Positions 1-9,098 of a stretch of DNA of 30,069 bases are shown here, piece by piece. A program made the position numbers and the translations under genes. The stretch lies in the IMG/VR virus record IMGVR_UViG_3300030372_003225, positions 1-30,069 of that record, one strand, 5' to 3'. Numbering within the stretch: the first letter of the stretch is position 1; each line of letters starts with the position of its first letter. The notes below the pieces were generated by a model. The model saw only the letters and a list, made by a program, of their open reading frames with translations, was not told the origin of the DNA and made no database searches. Origin of the DNA: a virus. Taxonomy: Duplodnaviria > Caudoviricetes.

Positions 1-2
1 CA

Positions 3-161
3 GCAGGTACATCAACATTAACAGGAACAGAGTCTGGAGCAACACAGGATACGGAATACTCGTTTACAATTCGTGCCACTGATGCACAAGGCCAGACAGC
101 TGATCGAGCGTTTACGATGACATTTACATTTGGAGCGTCTAACTCGATTCAGTTTAACTAG
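3..161 (+). CDS. 3' end of an Ig-like (He_PIG/cadherin-like) tail-associated protein, partial; paralog of 2620..3333 (not in ORF track)
   Basis: Frame 3 reads ...TLTGTESGATQDTEYSFTIRATDAQGQTADRAFTMTFTFGASNSIQFN* (TAG 159-161). It aligns with FTVVATDAEGQTASRAFSISYSFGATGSGGFS of the 237-aa ORF. Confidence 0.85.
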   Translation, partial: AGTSTLTGTESGATQDTEYSFTIRATDAQGQTADRAFTMTFTFGASNSIQFN

Positions 162-170
162 GAATTTATT

Positions 171-1523
171 ATGGCAACAAGTTACTTAACAAAAACTTTT
201 GGAAGTGCAGGAAGTCTAACAACTTGGACATTATCTTGTTGGGTTAAAAAAGTAGGCCGGGGTATTGAACAAAGAATATTTAGTTGTGATGATGATGCTT
301 CAGGTAATAATGACCAATGGATGAAATTTGATGGTTCGGATATTCTTCAATTTTCACAGTATCAAAGTGGATATACTCAAAAAATAGAAACTAATAGAAA
401 ATTTAAGGACAATAGTGGCTATTACCATATAGTTTTAGTATGGGATACAACAAATGCATCAGCAGGAGATAGAACTAGAATATATATTAATGGAGTTAGA
501 GAAACTTCATTTAGTTCTGAAGTACAAGCATCTTCTTCTTTAGGTAGTTTAATAAATAATACTACATACCCATTTGAAATTGGTCGTAGAGGTTTAGATG
601 GTTCGCAATATTTTCCTGGGAATTTATCTAATATAGCGTTTGTAGATGGGACGGCTCTAGATCCAACTTCATTTGGTGAAGTAGATTCGACGTCGGGAAT
701 TTGGAAGTTTAAGGCACCATCTGGTATTACATGGGGCACAAATGGTTTTTGGTTAAAAGGAGAAAACTCAGCTAATTTAGGTTTAGATAGTGCTAACTCA
801 AATAATTTTACAACTGGAGGAGGAACACCGACTCAGTCGATCGATACACCTTCAAACGTCTTTCCGGTTTTTAACAGTTTAGAATATTATGGATCTGATG
901 GAGCAACACTAAGTAATGCAAATACAACATATGCAACTCCAAGTGCTGGTCATAGATATTTAAGAGCTAGCTTAGCTGCAGCAAGTGGAAAATTTTATTT
1001 TGAATGTAAGTTAGATACAGCTGCAGGTTCTGGTTTGGATGTTATTGGTATAACAGATCATGAAATGAATGATGGTACTGACGAATTATCACAAGATGCA
1101 AATTCTATTGCTTATGTTAGTGACGGTTCAGTTAGAAAAGATGGAAGTAATGTTGATACAGGTGAAGGAACTTATACGTCCGGAGATATTATATCGGTGG
1201 CAGTAGATATTACCAATTCAAAAATTTATTTTAGAAAAAATGATGGTGCCTGGATTAATTCAGGAGATCCAGCTGCTGGGACAAATGGTTATAGTATTGC
1301 TGCTGTAGATACAACATCCGGTGGTTTTTATCATTTTGCAGCAGGTGATTGGGTTAACCCAGGATCAAATACATGGTCAGCTAATTTTGGAACGGGTTTT
1401 TTTGGAACCTCGGCCGTTGCGTCTGCTGGAACTTCAAGTACTGGTGATGATTCAGTTTGGGAATATGATTGCCCAACGGGATACTATGGAATGAATACAA
1501 AAAATATAAATACTTATGGATAA
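171..1523 (+). CDS. Tail/receptor-binding protein with LamG (concanavalin A-like) and SPRY-like domains, copy 1
   Basis: LamG-type motifs WTLSCWVKK, YYHIVLVWD, RIYING, FVDGTAL. SPRY-type motifs GKFYFE, GDIISVAVD, KIYFRKN, ANFG. Rich in Gly/Ser/Thr/Asn. Confidence 0.75.
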   Translation: MATSYLTKTFGSAGSLTTWTLSCWVKKVGRGIEQRIFSCDDDASGNNDQWMKFDGSDILQFSQYQSGYTQKIETNRKFKDNSGYYHIVLVWDTTNASAGDRTRIYINGVRETSFSSEVQASSSLGSLINNTTYPFEIGRRGLDGSQYFPGNLSNIAFVDGTALDPTSFGEVDSTSGIWKFKAPSGITWGTNGFWLKGENSANLGLDSANSNNFTTGGGTPTQSIDTPSNVFPVFNSLEYYGSDGATLSNANTTYATPSAGHRYLRASLAAASGKFYFECKLDTAAGSGLDVIGITDHEMNDGTDELSQDANSIAYVSDGSVRKDGSNVDTGEGTYTSGDIISVAVDITNSKIYFRKNDGAWINSGDPAAGTNGYSIAAVDTTSGGFYHFAAGDWVNPGSNTWSANFGTGFFGTSAVASAGTSSTGDDSVWEYDCPTGYYGMNTKNINTYG

Positions 1524-1537
1524 GGAGATAAAATAAT

Positions 1538-2617
1538 ATGGCTTACGCAAACATTACGAAACCTAGTTTAAAGATGAACACCGTTTTATACACGGGGGAT
1601 AGTTCATCAACAAGAGGTATAACTGGAGTAGGATTTCAACCTGATTTAGTTTGGGTTAAAACTAGAAATGCAGCTAATCCACATTTAGTGAGTGATGCTG
1701 TTAGAGGTACAAATAATAATTTACAAACAGATTCAGCTGCAGCAGCGGCTGTTGACTATTCGCAAGGCTGGGTTTCTGCATATGGAGCTGATGGATTTAC
1801 TGCACAAGCAGGGAGCAGTGGAGATAATGATATTAATGGAAATACAAATACTTATGCAAGTTGGAATTTTAAAGCAAATGGTGCAGGTTCATCAAATAGT
1901 AACGGAAGTATAACTTCTACTGTTTCTACAGATTCTGATACGGGGATATCAATAGTAAAATATACGGGGGCTGGTACAACAAGTACTGTTGGGCATGGAT
2001 TAGGTGTAGCACCTGAAATGATTTGGGTTAAAAGATTAGATAGTTCTAATGGATGGATTGTTTGGAATGATTGGTTACAAGGAGCTAATAGATATTTAGT
2101 ATTAAATACTACAGCAGCTCAAGCAACTAATTCTACATTTTTTCAAGAAACACCTCCAACCGAAAACGTTTTTTATGTGGGTAATGATGATGGTGTTAAT
2201 GGTAATACTTATGACTATATAGCTTACTGTTTTGCACGTAAAAAAGGTTTTTTAGCACAAGGACAATTTCGTGGAACAGGAAATAGCGATGGTGCTTTTA
2301 TATACACTGGTTTTAAACCAAGATTTGTAATAGTTAAAGTTATGTGGGCTTCATCAGGTCCTGATTTTGCAAACCATTGGTTTATCTTTGATAGTCAATT
2401 AGATGGTTATAATGAAAATAATGAATTTTTAAAATGTGATAGTACTGAAACTATCTCTTCAGGAGATAATCGAATTAATTTTTTAAGTAATGGTTTTAAA
2501 TGCACAACTAGTAATGACAGTGTTAATAGTTCATCAGGACAATATACATATTTAGCAATAGCAGAAGAACCTCTAGTTGCAAATGTAGGATCAGGAATTC
2601 CTTCAACGGCAAGATAA
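1538..2617 (+). CDS. Beta-rich putative tail fibre/virion protein (VGFQPDLVW...TAR family), copy 1
   Basis: Three internal repeats (YTGD...GFQPDLVWVK; YTGAG...HGLGVAPEMIWVK; GTGN...TGFKPRFVIVK) and a C-terminal PSTAR. AAGGAG RBS upstream. Confidence 0.7.
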   Translation: MAYANITKPSLKMNTVLYTGDSSSTRGITGVGFQPDLVWVKTRNAANPHLVSDAVRGTNNNLQTDSAAAAAVDYSQGWVSAYGADGFTAQAGSSGDNDINGNTNTYASWNFKANGAGSSNSNGSITSTVSTDSDTGISIVKYTGAGTTSTVGHGLGVAPEMIWVKRLDSSNGWIVWNDWLQGANRYLVLNTTAAQATNSTFFQETPPTENVFYVGNDDGVNGNTYDYIAYCFARKKGFLAQGQFRGTGNSDGAFIYTGFKPRFVIVKVMWASSGPDFANHWFIFDSQLDGYNENNEFLKCDSTETISSGDNRINFLSNGFKCTTSNDSVNSSSGQYTYLAIAEEPLVANVGSGIPSTAR

Positions 2618-2619
2618 TT

Positions 2620-3333
2620 ATGGCAAAAACAAAAATATTAAATGATGGTATAACAGCAACTACAATAGCTAATGATAAATTAGTTAACAGCAGTATTACT
2701 ATTAATGGAAGTACAGTTTCTTTAGGTGGTTCAGTATCTGATATTGGAGTAGAAACTTTTCCAAATATTTCCTCTTTTACACCAACAGTTGTAACAAATG
2801 CTCAAACGAGTATTGCTATTACAGGAACTAATTTTACTTCTATTCCTCATGTTGAAGCAATTAATTCGACTGGAGCAATTGTGCCAGCTGATTCAATTAC
2901 ATTTAATTCAGCTACTTCTCTTACAGTATTATTTACACTACCAACTGATGGGGTTTATTATCTTAGAGTAGAAAACCCTAACGGATTGAGTATGAGAACA
3001 GCTAATGCAGATCTTACAGTTTCTGATAATCCTGTATGGGTTACAGCTTCAGGAACAGTAGGAACTTTTGCGGGGGACGTAGCAATTGGTACAATTACTT
3101 TAACTTGTACAGATGCAACTTCGTTTACATGTTCCCCTAATCCACCTACGGCAGGATTAACATTTACAAGTGGAACAGGAAGTTGTACACTAACAGGAAC
3201 GCAGACTGCACACACAAGTGCGTCAACAGACAATTTTACAGTGGTTGCAACGGATGCAGAAGGCCAAACGGCTTCAAGAGCTTTTTCAATAAGTTACTCA
3301 TTCGGAGCTACTGGATCAGGAGGATTTAGTTAA
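2620..3333 (+). CDS. Tail-associated protein: N-terminal fibre-like segment, IPT/TIG-like domain and Ig-like domain, copy 2
   Basis: IANDKLVNSSITING segment; IPT-like PNISSFTP...IAITGTNF...YYLRVENPNG; Ig-like C-terminus FTVVATDAEGQTASRAF. Confidence 0.7.
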   Translation: MAKTKILNDGITATTIANDKLVNSSITINGSTVSLGGSVSDIGVETFPNISSFTPTVVTNAQTSIAITGTNFTSIPHVEAINSTGAIVPADSITFNSATSLTVLFTLPTDGVYYLRVENPNGLSMRTANADLTVSDNPVWVTASGTVGTFAGDVAIGTITLTCTDATSFTCSPNPPTAGLTFTSGTGSCTLTGTQTAHTSASTDNFTVVATDAEGQTASRAFSISYSFGATGSGGFS

Positions 3334-4664
3334 TGGCTGATACATACGCAACACGTACATTTGGGACACCAACAAGTCCTTATAAATTTACAATTTCATT
3401 TTGGGTAAAAAGAAGTAAGTTAAGTGTTTCACATATAGCACCTATAACAGCAGGAACTTATACTAGTACAAATATGGGTCAATTTCTATTTAGTGGGGAT
3501 GATACTTTACTTTGTCAAACTTACAATGCAGGTGGAAGTGCAACAATGGCACGAGACACAAATATGAAATTCCGGGATACCAACGGATGGTACAATATCG
3601 TACTTGGTGTTGATGGAACTTTAGCATCAGCAGGAGATAGACAGAAACTTTATGTTAATGGAGAACTAATTACAAGTTTTGCGGCTTCTACAGATGCAAG
3701 TCAAGATACAGACTTAGCTTGGAATCAAAATGGTATTGTATGTATGCTTGGTAATAGAGCAACTACTTCTTATTATTTTGACGGGTACTTAAGTCACGTG
3801 CACTTCATAGACGGGACTCAATATCAAGCTTCAGATTTTGGATCTACGGATGCCACGACGGGACAATGGAAAATAAATACGGCTCCAAGTGTCACTTATG
3901 GAAATAATGGTTTTTTTGTTCTCAAAAATGGCAATTCATTAACAGACCAATCTACTAATAGTAATGATTTTACTTTAGGTGGTGGGGCTATAGTGGACAT
4001 GAAAGACTGCCCTTCTGACGTATACGCTACAATGAATAATTTAGATAATTATGAACAAGGTTCAACATTTACAGTATGTAATACTAAACTTGAATGGAAT
4101 ACAAATAATAAAACAAATTATTCAACTTTTGCAATGAATAAAGGTAAGTTCTACTGGGAAATGAAATATGCTAATATTACAGGTGGTGCTGATGCTATGA
4201 TAGGAATGTCATTAGCAGATACTAGACAACCTGACGATTATCCAGGGCATGATTCTACTGCTTGGTCTTATTATGCTTCTAATGGAAGTAAATATAATAG
4301 TGGTGGTTCTTCTTACGGAGACAGTTGGACAACTAACGATATTATTGGTGTAGCTTTTGATGCAGATACTAGAACACTTTGGTTTTCTAAAAATGGTGTT
4401 TGGCAAAACTCAGCAACGATTTCTGAAATAGCAGCGGGAACAACTACTAATGCAGCTTGGACAGGTATGGGTTCAGCAGGACAGTGGTTTATACCTTGTA
4501 TGTCAGGATATGATGGAAACAAAGCAGAATTTAATTTTGGAAATGGTTATTTTTCAACGACACCTATTTCTGATGAAGGAACAAATGCAAGTGGCGTGGG
4601 CAAGTTTGAATACGATGTTCCAAATAATTTTACAGCGCTTAGTACGAAAGGATTAAATATATAA
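3333..4664 (+). CDS. Tail/receptor-binding protein with LamG and SPRY-like domains, copy 2
   Basis: Motifs FTISFWVKR, WYNIVLGVD, KLYVNG, HFIDG, GKFYWE, DIIGVAFD, WFSKNG, FNFG are colinear with 171..1523. TAATG coupling with the upstream gene. Confidence 0.75.
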   Translation: MADTYATRTFGTPTSPYKFTISFWVKRSKLSVSHIAPITAGTYTSTNMGQFLFSGDDTLLCQTYNAGGSATMARDTNMKFRDTNGWYNIVLGVDGTLASAGDRQKLYVNGELITSFAASTDASQDTDLAWNQNGIVCMLGNRATTSYYFDGYLSHVHFIDGTQYQASDFGSTDATTGQWKINTAPSVTYGNNGFFVLKNGNSLTDQSTNSNDFTLGGGAIVDMKDCPSDVYATMNNLDNYEQGSTFTVCNTKLEWNTNNKTNYSTFAMNKGKFYWEMKYANITGGADAMIGMSLADTRQPDDYPGHDSTAWSYYASNGSKYNSGGSSYGDSWTTNDIIGVAFDADTRTLWFSKNGVWQNSATISEIAAGTTTNAAWTGMGSAGQWFIPCMSGYDGNKAEFNFGNGYFSTTPISDEGTNASGVGKFEYDVPNNFTALSTKGLNI

Positions 4665-4665
4665 T

Positions 4666-5709
4666 ATGGCCTGGACAACAATAAATAAAAGCAGTTTACA
4701 CATGAACCCTAAGCTCTACACAGGGAACGGTTCAACAAATGCAATTACTGGAGTTGGATTTCAACCTGACTTGGTTTGGTTAAAAAATAGAGATACTGCT
4801 AATTCACATCAATTGTATGATGCTGTTAGAGGAACAACAAAATATATTGAATCAGATAATAATGGTGCTGAATATACAAGTGCTAATGGTATTTCAGCTT
4901 TTGGCACAGATGGATTTACAATAAATGGAAATTTAACAGGAGCAAATAATAGTAGTGATAATTTTGCATCATGGAACTGGAAGGCAAATGGTGCAGGCTC
5001 AGCTAATACAGATGGAGACATAAATTCTACTGTTAGTGTTAATACTACAAGTGGTTTTAGTATTGTGAAGTATGTTGGAAACTCAACAGCAGGCGCAACT
5101 GTAGGTCATGGCTTAGGTGTTGTTCCACAATTAATATTATTTAAAAGATTAAATGCAAGTAATGTTTGGATTACAGGAGATATGGTAAATAGTTTTACAA
5201 AAATTATGTTCTTAGATACTACTGCAGCATCAACTACTGATAGTAATGCTTTCAATGATACTAATCCTACTTCAAATGTTTTTACATTAGGGTCAGCTTT
5301 AGGCACTGGTACTAATTTTAGTGGAGACGATTACATAGCTTATTGCTTCGCCAATATCGATGGCTATCAACGAGTAGGAGGATATACTGGAAATGGAAAT
5401 GCTGATGGAACATTTGTTTACACAGGATTTAAACCTACTTGGACTATGATTAAGTGCACAAGTGGTACGGATAACTGGGTTATAGATGATAATAAAAGAT
5501 CAACATCTAATGTAATGGAAAATACTTTATTTGCTAATACAAGTGGTGCTGAATATACAGGATCAGCTTATGGAATAGATTTTTTATCCAATGGCTTCAA
5601 AATAAGAAATACTGATGGTCAATATAATACAAATGGTGGCTCATACTTGTTCCTTGCCATAGGTCAAACCCAGGTCGGTACTAACGATACGCCCGCGACG
5701 GCGAGGTAG
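4666..5709 (+). CDS. Beta-rich putative tail fibre/virion protein, copy 2
   Basis: Colinear with 1538..2617 (TGVGFQPDLVW, DAVRGT, KANGAGS, SIVKY, GHGLGV, YTGFKP, FLSNGFK); ends in PATAR. Confidence 0.7.
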   Translation: MAWTTINKSSLHMNPKLYTGNGSTNAITGVGFQPDLVWLKNRDTANSHQLYDAVRGTTKYIESDNNGAEYTSANGISAFGTDGFTINGNLTGANNSSDNFASWNWKANGAGSANTDGDINSTVSVNTTSGFSIVKYVGNSTAGATVGHGLGVVPQLILFKRLNASNVWITGDMVNSFTKIMFLDTTAASTTDSNAFNDTNPTSNVFTLGSALGTGTNFSGDDYIAYCFANIDGYQRVGGYTGNGNADGTFVYTGFKPTWTMIKCTSGTDNWVIDDNKRSTSNVMENTLFANTSGAEYTGSAYGIDFLSNGFKIRNTDGQYNTNGGSYLFLAIGQTQVGTNDTPATAR

Positions 5710-5712
5710 AAC

Positions 5713-6162
5713 ATGCTTTTAGGTTTTGATTCCTACTCAGCAACTCCTTTTTCTACTACAGGAGCAGATAACGGTGTAGTAGTTTCAGTTAGCGGAGTTC
5801 CAATATTATTCAAAGTTGGCAACGTCGATATAACTGCTAATTCTATATACCAAATAGCTAATGCTGATCCTCTTGCTTTAAAGACAGGAACTCCAATTAT
5901 TACAGGAGTAGCTAATTTAACAGTTAATGGTAGTCCTCTTGCTGTAGGATCAGGGACTGTTATTGTTTCAGGAGACGCTGATATTGTAGCAACGTTAAAC
6001 TCCTTGAAAATTAAGACAGGATCGGTTACAGTAACAGGAACATCAAACGTAACGCCTACAGGCTCACCAATTTTAGTTAAAACAGGGGTCGGTAGTGCAA
6101 TAACATGGAGTAATATAGATCCAAACGCTACAGAAGTTTGGACACCTATAGTACCTTATTAA
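5713..6162 (+). CDS. Virion structural protein with ~22-aa beta repeats
   Basis: N-terminus MLLGFDSYSATPFST, then about five repeats of a V-x-G-x-P-[IL]-x-x-x-x-G-x-V-x-[VI] pattern. Located in the tail operon. Confidence 0.6.
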   Translation: MLLGFDSYSATPFSTTGADNGVVVSVSGVPILFKVGNVDITANSIYQIANADPLALKTGTPIITGVANLTVNGSPLAVGSGTVIVSGDADIVATLNSLKIKTGSVTVTGTSNVTPTGSPILVKTGVGSAITWSNIDPNATEVWTPIVPY

Positions 6163-6164
6163 TT

Positions 6165-6908
6165 ATGGCATCAACATATTCATCAGATTTAAAACTAGAA
6201 ATAATGACAACCGGCGAAAAAGCTGGTCAATGGGGAACAATTACAAATACTAACTTAAACATTTTAGCTCAATCTACGAGCGGTGTTCTAAGTAAAGCTA
6301 TGGTTACAACTAGTCCATATGATACTTCATTACCTATTTCAGACGGATCAACTTCTGATGGTAAAAATTTATATATTAAACTTACAGGAACTTTAACCGC
6401 TAATAGCACCGTAACTATGGCTGCAGCAGGGGCGAGAGTTTTTATTATTGAGGACACAACAGACAGAACTACAAGTGAATTTACAATCAATGTATTGACA
6501 GCTAGCAGTGGAAGTCCCGTTCCTTTACCTGCAAAATCTACATGTATATTCTATTCAGATGGCACTAATACCTCTTTAGGTGGTATCATTAAAAAAGGAT
6601 ATATTAATATTAATTCTGCTACTACAACTGCTTACACAGCAGTAAATGGAGATCAAGTATTAGTATCTACAACTAGTAACACTGTGGCAATTACATTACC
6701 TGCGAGTCCTTCAACAGGCGACGAAGTGACAATTATGGATGTTTCTGCAACTGGAGGTTTTGCGTCTAACAATGTAACAGTAGCTAGAAATGGACAACCC
6801 ATTCAAGGTGCTGCTTCTGATTTTACAATGTCAACTAACAATCAATGTCTAACTTTTATCTATACAGATGGGACAAAAGGTTGGCTATTAAAATCAACAA
6901 ACGTATAG
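6165..6908 (+). CDS. Tail fibre/tail-anchor protein (start corrected to ATG 6165)
   Basis: N-terminus MASTYSSDLKLE...GQWGTITNTNL is typical of phage fibre anchors. C-terminal YTAVNGDQVLVST...ITLPASPSTGDEVTIMD module. The ATG lies 2 nt after the previous stop, whereas the track start at 6138 is a TTG inside the previous gene. Confidence 0.65.
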   Translation: MASTYSSDLKLEIMTTGEKAGQWGTITNTNLNILAQSTSGVLSKAMVTTSPYDTSLPISDGSTSDGKNLYIKLTGTLTANSTVTMAAAGARVFIIEDTTDRTTSEFTINVLTASSGSPVPLPAKSTCIFYSDGTNTSLGGIIKKGYININSATTTAYTAVNGDQVLVSTTSNTVAITLPASPSTGDEVTIMDVSATGGFASNNVTVARNGQPIQGAASDFTMSTNNQCLTFIYTDGTKGWLLKSTNV

Positions 6909-6918
6909 GAGCTAAATA

Positions 6919-8916
6919 ATGGCTCTTACTACCATTAAGATTTTCCCTGGTGTCGATAAACAAGATACTAACGTAGGTGCTCAAGCACGTTGGGTTGATT
7001 CCGATAACGCTAGATTTAGATATGGTACACCTGAAAAAGTAGGTGGATGGTCTTCACTATTAACTGAAACTATAGTAGGTGCAGCAAGAAAGTTATTTGC
7101 TTTTGTAGATTTAGAAGGAAATAGATACACGGCTATTGGAACAGATAAATTTTTACTTATTTATTTTGAAGGTCAAATTTATGACATAACTCCTTGGAGA
7201 AGTGACGATTTTGGGGCTCAAATTACTTTTACATCTTCTACTTTAGCAACCGATAGTACGACAGCTAAGACATGTACGATAACTACGACAACTCCACATG
7301 GCCTAGAGATAGGTGATATTATTTATCTAGATAGTGTAACTCTTCCTGCTGGGACAGGCTTAACCAATGCTCAGTTTGAAGATAAACTTTTTCAAGTTTT
7401 ATCTACTCCTTCTACAACTACTTTTACAATTAACTCTTCTAATCAAGCAAGTGCAGTAGTAAGCACTGGCGGTAGTATGACTGTAATGCCGTATCAAAGA
7501 ATAGGACCTGTTGAACAAACATATGGATATGGATGGGGAATACCTCAATATGGCGGTACGGTGAGTTCAGGATCTCAAACAGGATGGGGAGTTGCAGCTG
7601 CAGCTTCGTCTGTTACTTTGGAACCTGGATTATGGTCATTTAGTAATTATGGACAGGTTTTAATTGCTACAGTTTTAAATGGAAAAACATTTACATGGGA
7701 TACATCTATTGGATCCAGTACAGCATTCACAACACGTGCTTCAACAACTACTCCTAATTTTGTGACAGCTTTAGTATCTGGAACTAATTTAGGAAATCCT
7801 ACAGCATCTAGAATGACTTTAATTTCACCTACTACTAGACACGTTATCCATTGTGGCACTGAAACTACAATTGGTGATGACAGTAGTCAAGACGACATGT
7901 TTATTAGATTCTCAGATCAAGAAGGTTTAAATGAATATAAAGCAACTGCAGTTAATACTGCTGGTTCTCAACGTTTGCAAGATGGAACTAAAATTATGGG
8001 AGCCATTAAAGGTAAAGAAAATATTTTAATTTGGACAGACAATGCTTTGTATACCATGAAATTTGTAGGTTCTCCTTTTACATTTGGTTTTGAACAAGTA
8101 GGAACTAACTGTGGTTTAATTGGACAGAATGCATGTTGTGAGATTGATGGTGTTGCTTATTGGATGTCCAACAATGGTTTTTTTGCATTTGATGGTACGG
8201 TTAATTCATTGCCTTGTGCTGTAGAAGATTATGTTTATGATGACTTTGATACTACTAAAGGTCAACAAGTTTGTGCTGGAATTAACAATCTATTTACAGA
8301 AGTTGTTTGGTATTATCCTACATCAGGATCAAGTTTTAATAATAGATATGTAGTATTTAATTACGGAGAGTCTGGTAAATTACCTATGGGTAATTGGTAT
8401 ACTGGAGTTAATACAAATGCAATTAGAACAACATGGTTAGATTCATTAGTATATCCTAAACCTTATGCAACAGCTTATAAAAGTTCTAATTCAGGAAGTT
8501 TTCCTGCGGTTATTGGAGAAACAGGACTAGGTTCATCTACGTTATTTCAACATGAAACAGGGACCGATCAAATTAATGCCGATGGTACAACTACAACATT
8601 AACTTCATTTATTGAGTCTTATGACTTTGCATTACAACAAGAAGAACCCGAGGTATTTTTAGCAATGCGAAGATTTGTTCCTAATTTTAAAGCTTTAACC
8701 GGAAATGCTAAAATAACCATTTCTGTTAAAAATTTTCCTTCTCAAACTAAGACAGTTAGTACATTAAGTCCCTTTACAGTGGATGCAAATACTACTAAAA
8801 AGGACACACGAGCTAGAGGAAGATATGCAAGTATAAAAGTAGAAAACGCCGGCGCAGGAGAGTCTTGGAGATTTGGGCCTTTCCAAGTTGACGTTCAACC
8901 AGACGGGAGAAGATAA
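6919..8916 (+). CDS. Tail nozzle / DNA-stabilisation protein (P22 gp10 / tail tubular protein B-like beta-propeller)
   Basis: 665 aa with motifs WVDSDNARFRYG.PEKVGGW, IRFSDQE, CGLIG, YWMS..GFF.FDG, EVVWYYP and C-terminal RARGR. GGAG RBS. Lies just before the internal virion genes. Confidence 0.7.
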   Translation: MALTTIKIFPGVDKQDTNVGAQARWVDSDNARFRYGTPEKVGGWSSLLTETIVGAARKLFAFVDLEGNRYTAIGTDKFLLIYFEGQIYDITPWRSDDFGAQITFTSSTLATDSTTAKTCTITTTTPHGLEIGDIIYLDSVTLPAGTGLTNAQFEDKLFQVLSTPSTTTFTINSSNQASAVVSTGGSMTVMPYQRIGPVEQTYGYGWGIPQYGGTVSSGSQTGWGVAAAASSVTLEPGLWSFSNYGQVLIATVLNGKTFTWDTSIGSSTAFTTRASTTTPNFVTALVSGTNLGNPTASRMTLISPTTRHVIHCGTETTIGDDSSQDDMFIRFSDQEGLNEYKATAVNTAGSQRLQDGTKIMGAIKGKENILIWTDNALYTMKFVGSPFTFGFEQVGTNCGLIGQNACCEIDGVAYWMSNNGFFAFDGTVNSLPCAVEDYVYDDFDTTKGQQVCAGINNLFTEVVWYYPTSGSSFNNRYVVFNYGESGKLPMGNWYTGVNTNAIRTTWLDSLVYPKPYATAYKSSNSGSFPAVIGETGLGSSTLFQHETGTDQINADGTTTTLTSFIESYDFALQQEEPEVFLAMRRFVPNFKALTGNAKITISVKNFPSQTKTVSTLSPFTVDANTTKKDTRARGRYASIKVENAGAGESWRFGPFQVDVQPDGRR

Positions 8917-9098
8917 TGACAAAAAGACTAAACATTGAAAAAGCAATTAAGAAACCAGGTGCGTTAAGAAAATCGCTTGGAATTAAAAAAGGTGAAAAGA
9001 TTCCTTTAAGTAAATTAAATAAAGCAGCTAAAGCAAAAGGTAAATTGGGTCAACGAGCTCGTTTTGCTAAAACTTTAAGAAAAATAAATAAAGCCTAA
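8916..9098 (+). CDS. Small, highly basic protein, putative DNA-binding/condensing virion protein
   Basis: 60 aa with 21 K/R and 2 E; KAIKKPGALRKSLG motif; TAATG-coupled on both sides. Confidence 0.65.
   Translation: MTKRLNIEKAIKKPGALRKSLGIKKGEKIPLSKLNKAAKAKGKLGQRARFAKTLRKINKA

Larger units (their letters stand above)
3..5709 (+). repeat. Diverged tandem duplication of a three-gene tail cassette (copy 1: <3..2617; copy 2: 2620..5709)
   Basis: Gene-by-gene protein similarity in the same order. Only short nucleotide identities were seen, e.g. gcatcagcaggagataga at 456 and 3624. Confidence 0.85.

Noticed and set aside
171-5709. Diversity-generating retroelement acting on the duplicated tail genes
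   Set aside because: No reverse transcriptase is present, and I saw no ~100-nt near-identical TR/VR pair with adenine-specific mismatches. The paralogs diverge at all bases.
6138-6164. Track starts at 6138 and 9247 (TTG)
   Set aside because: Both lie inside upstream genes; the ATGs at 6165 and 9265 fit the operon spacing and coupling.
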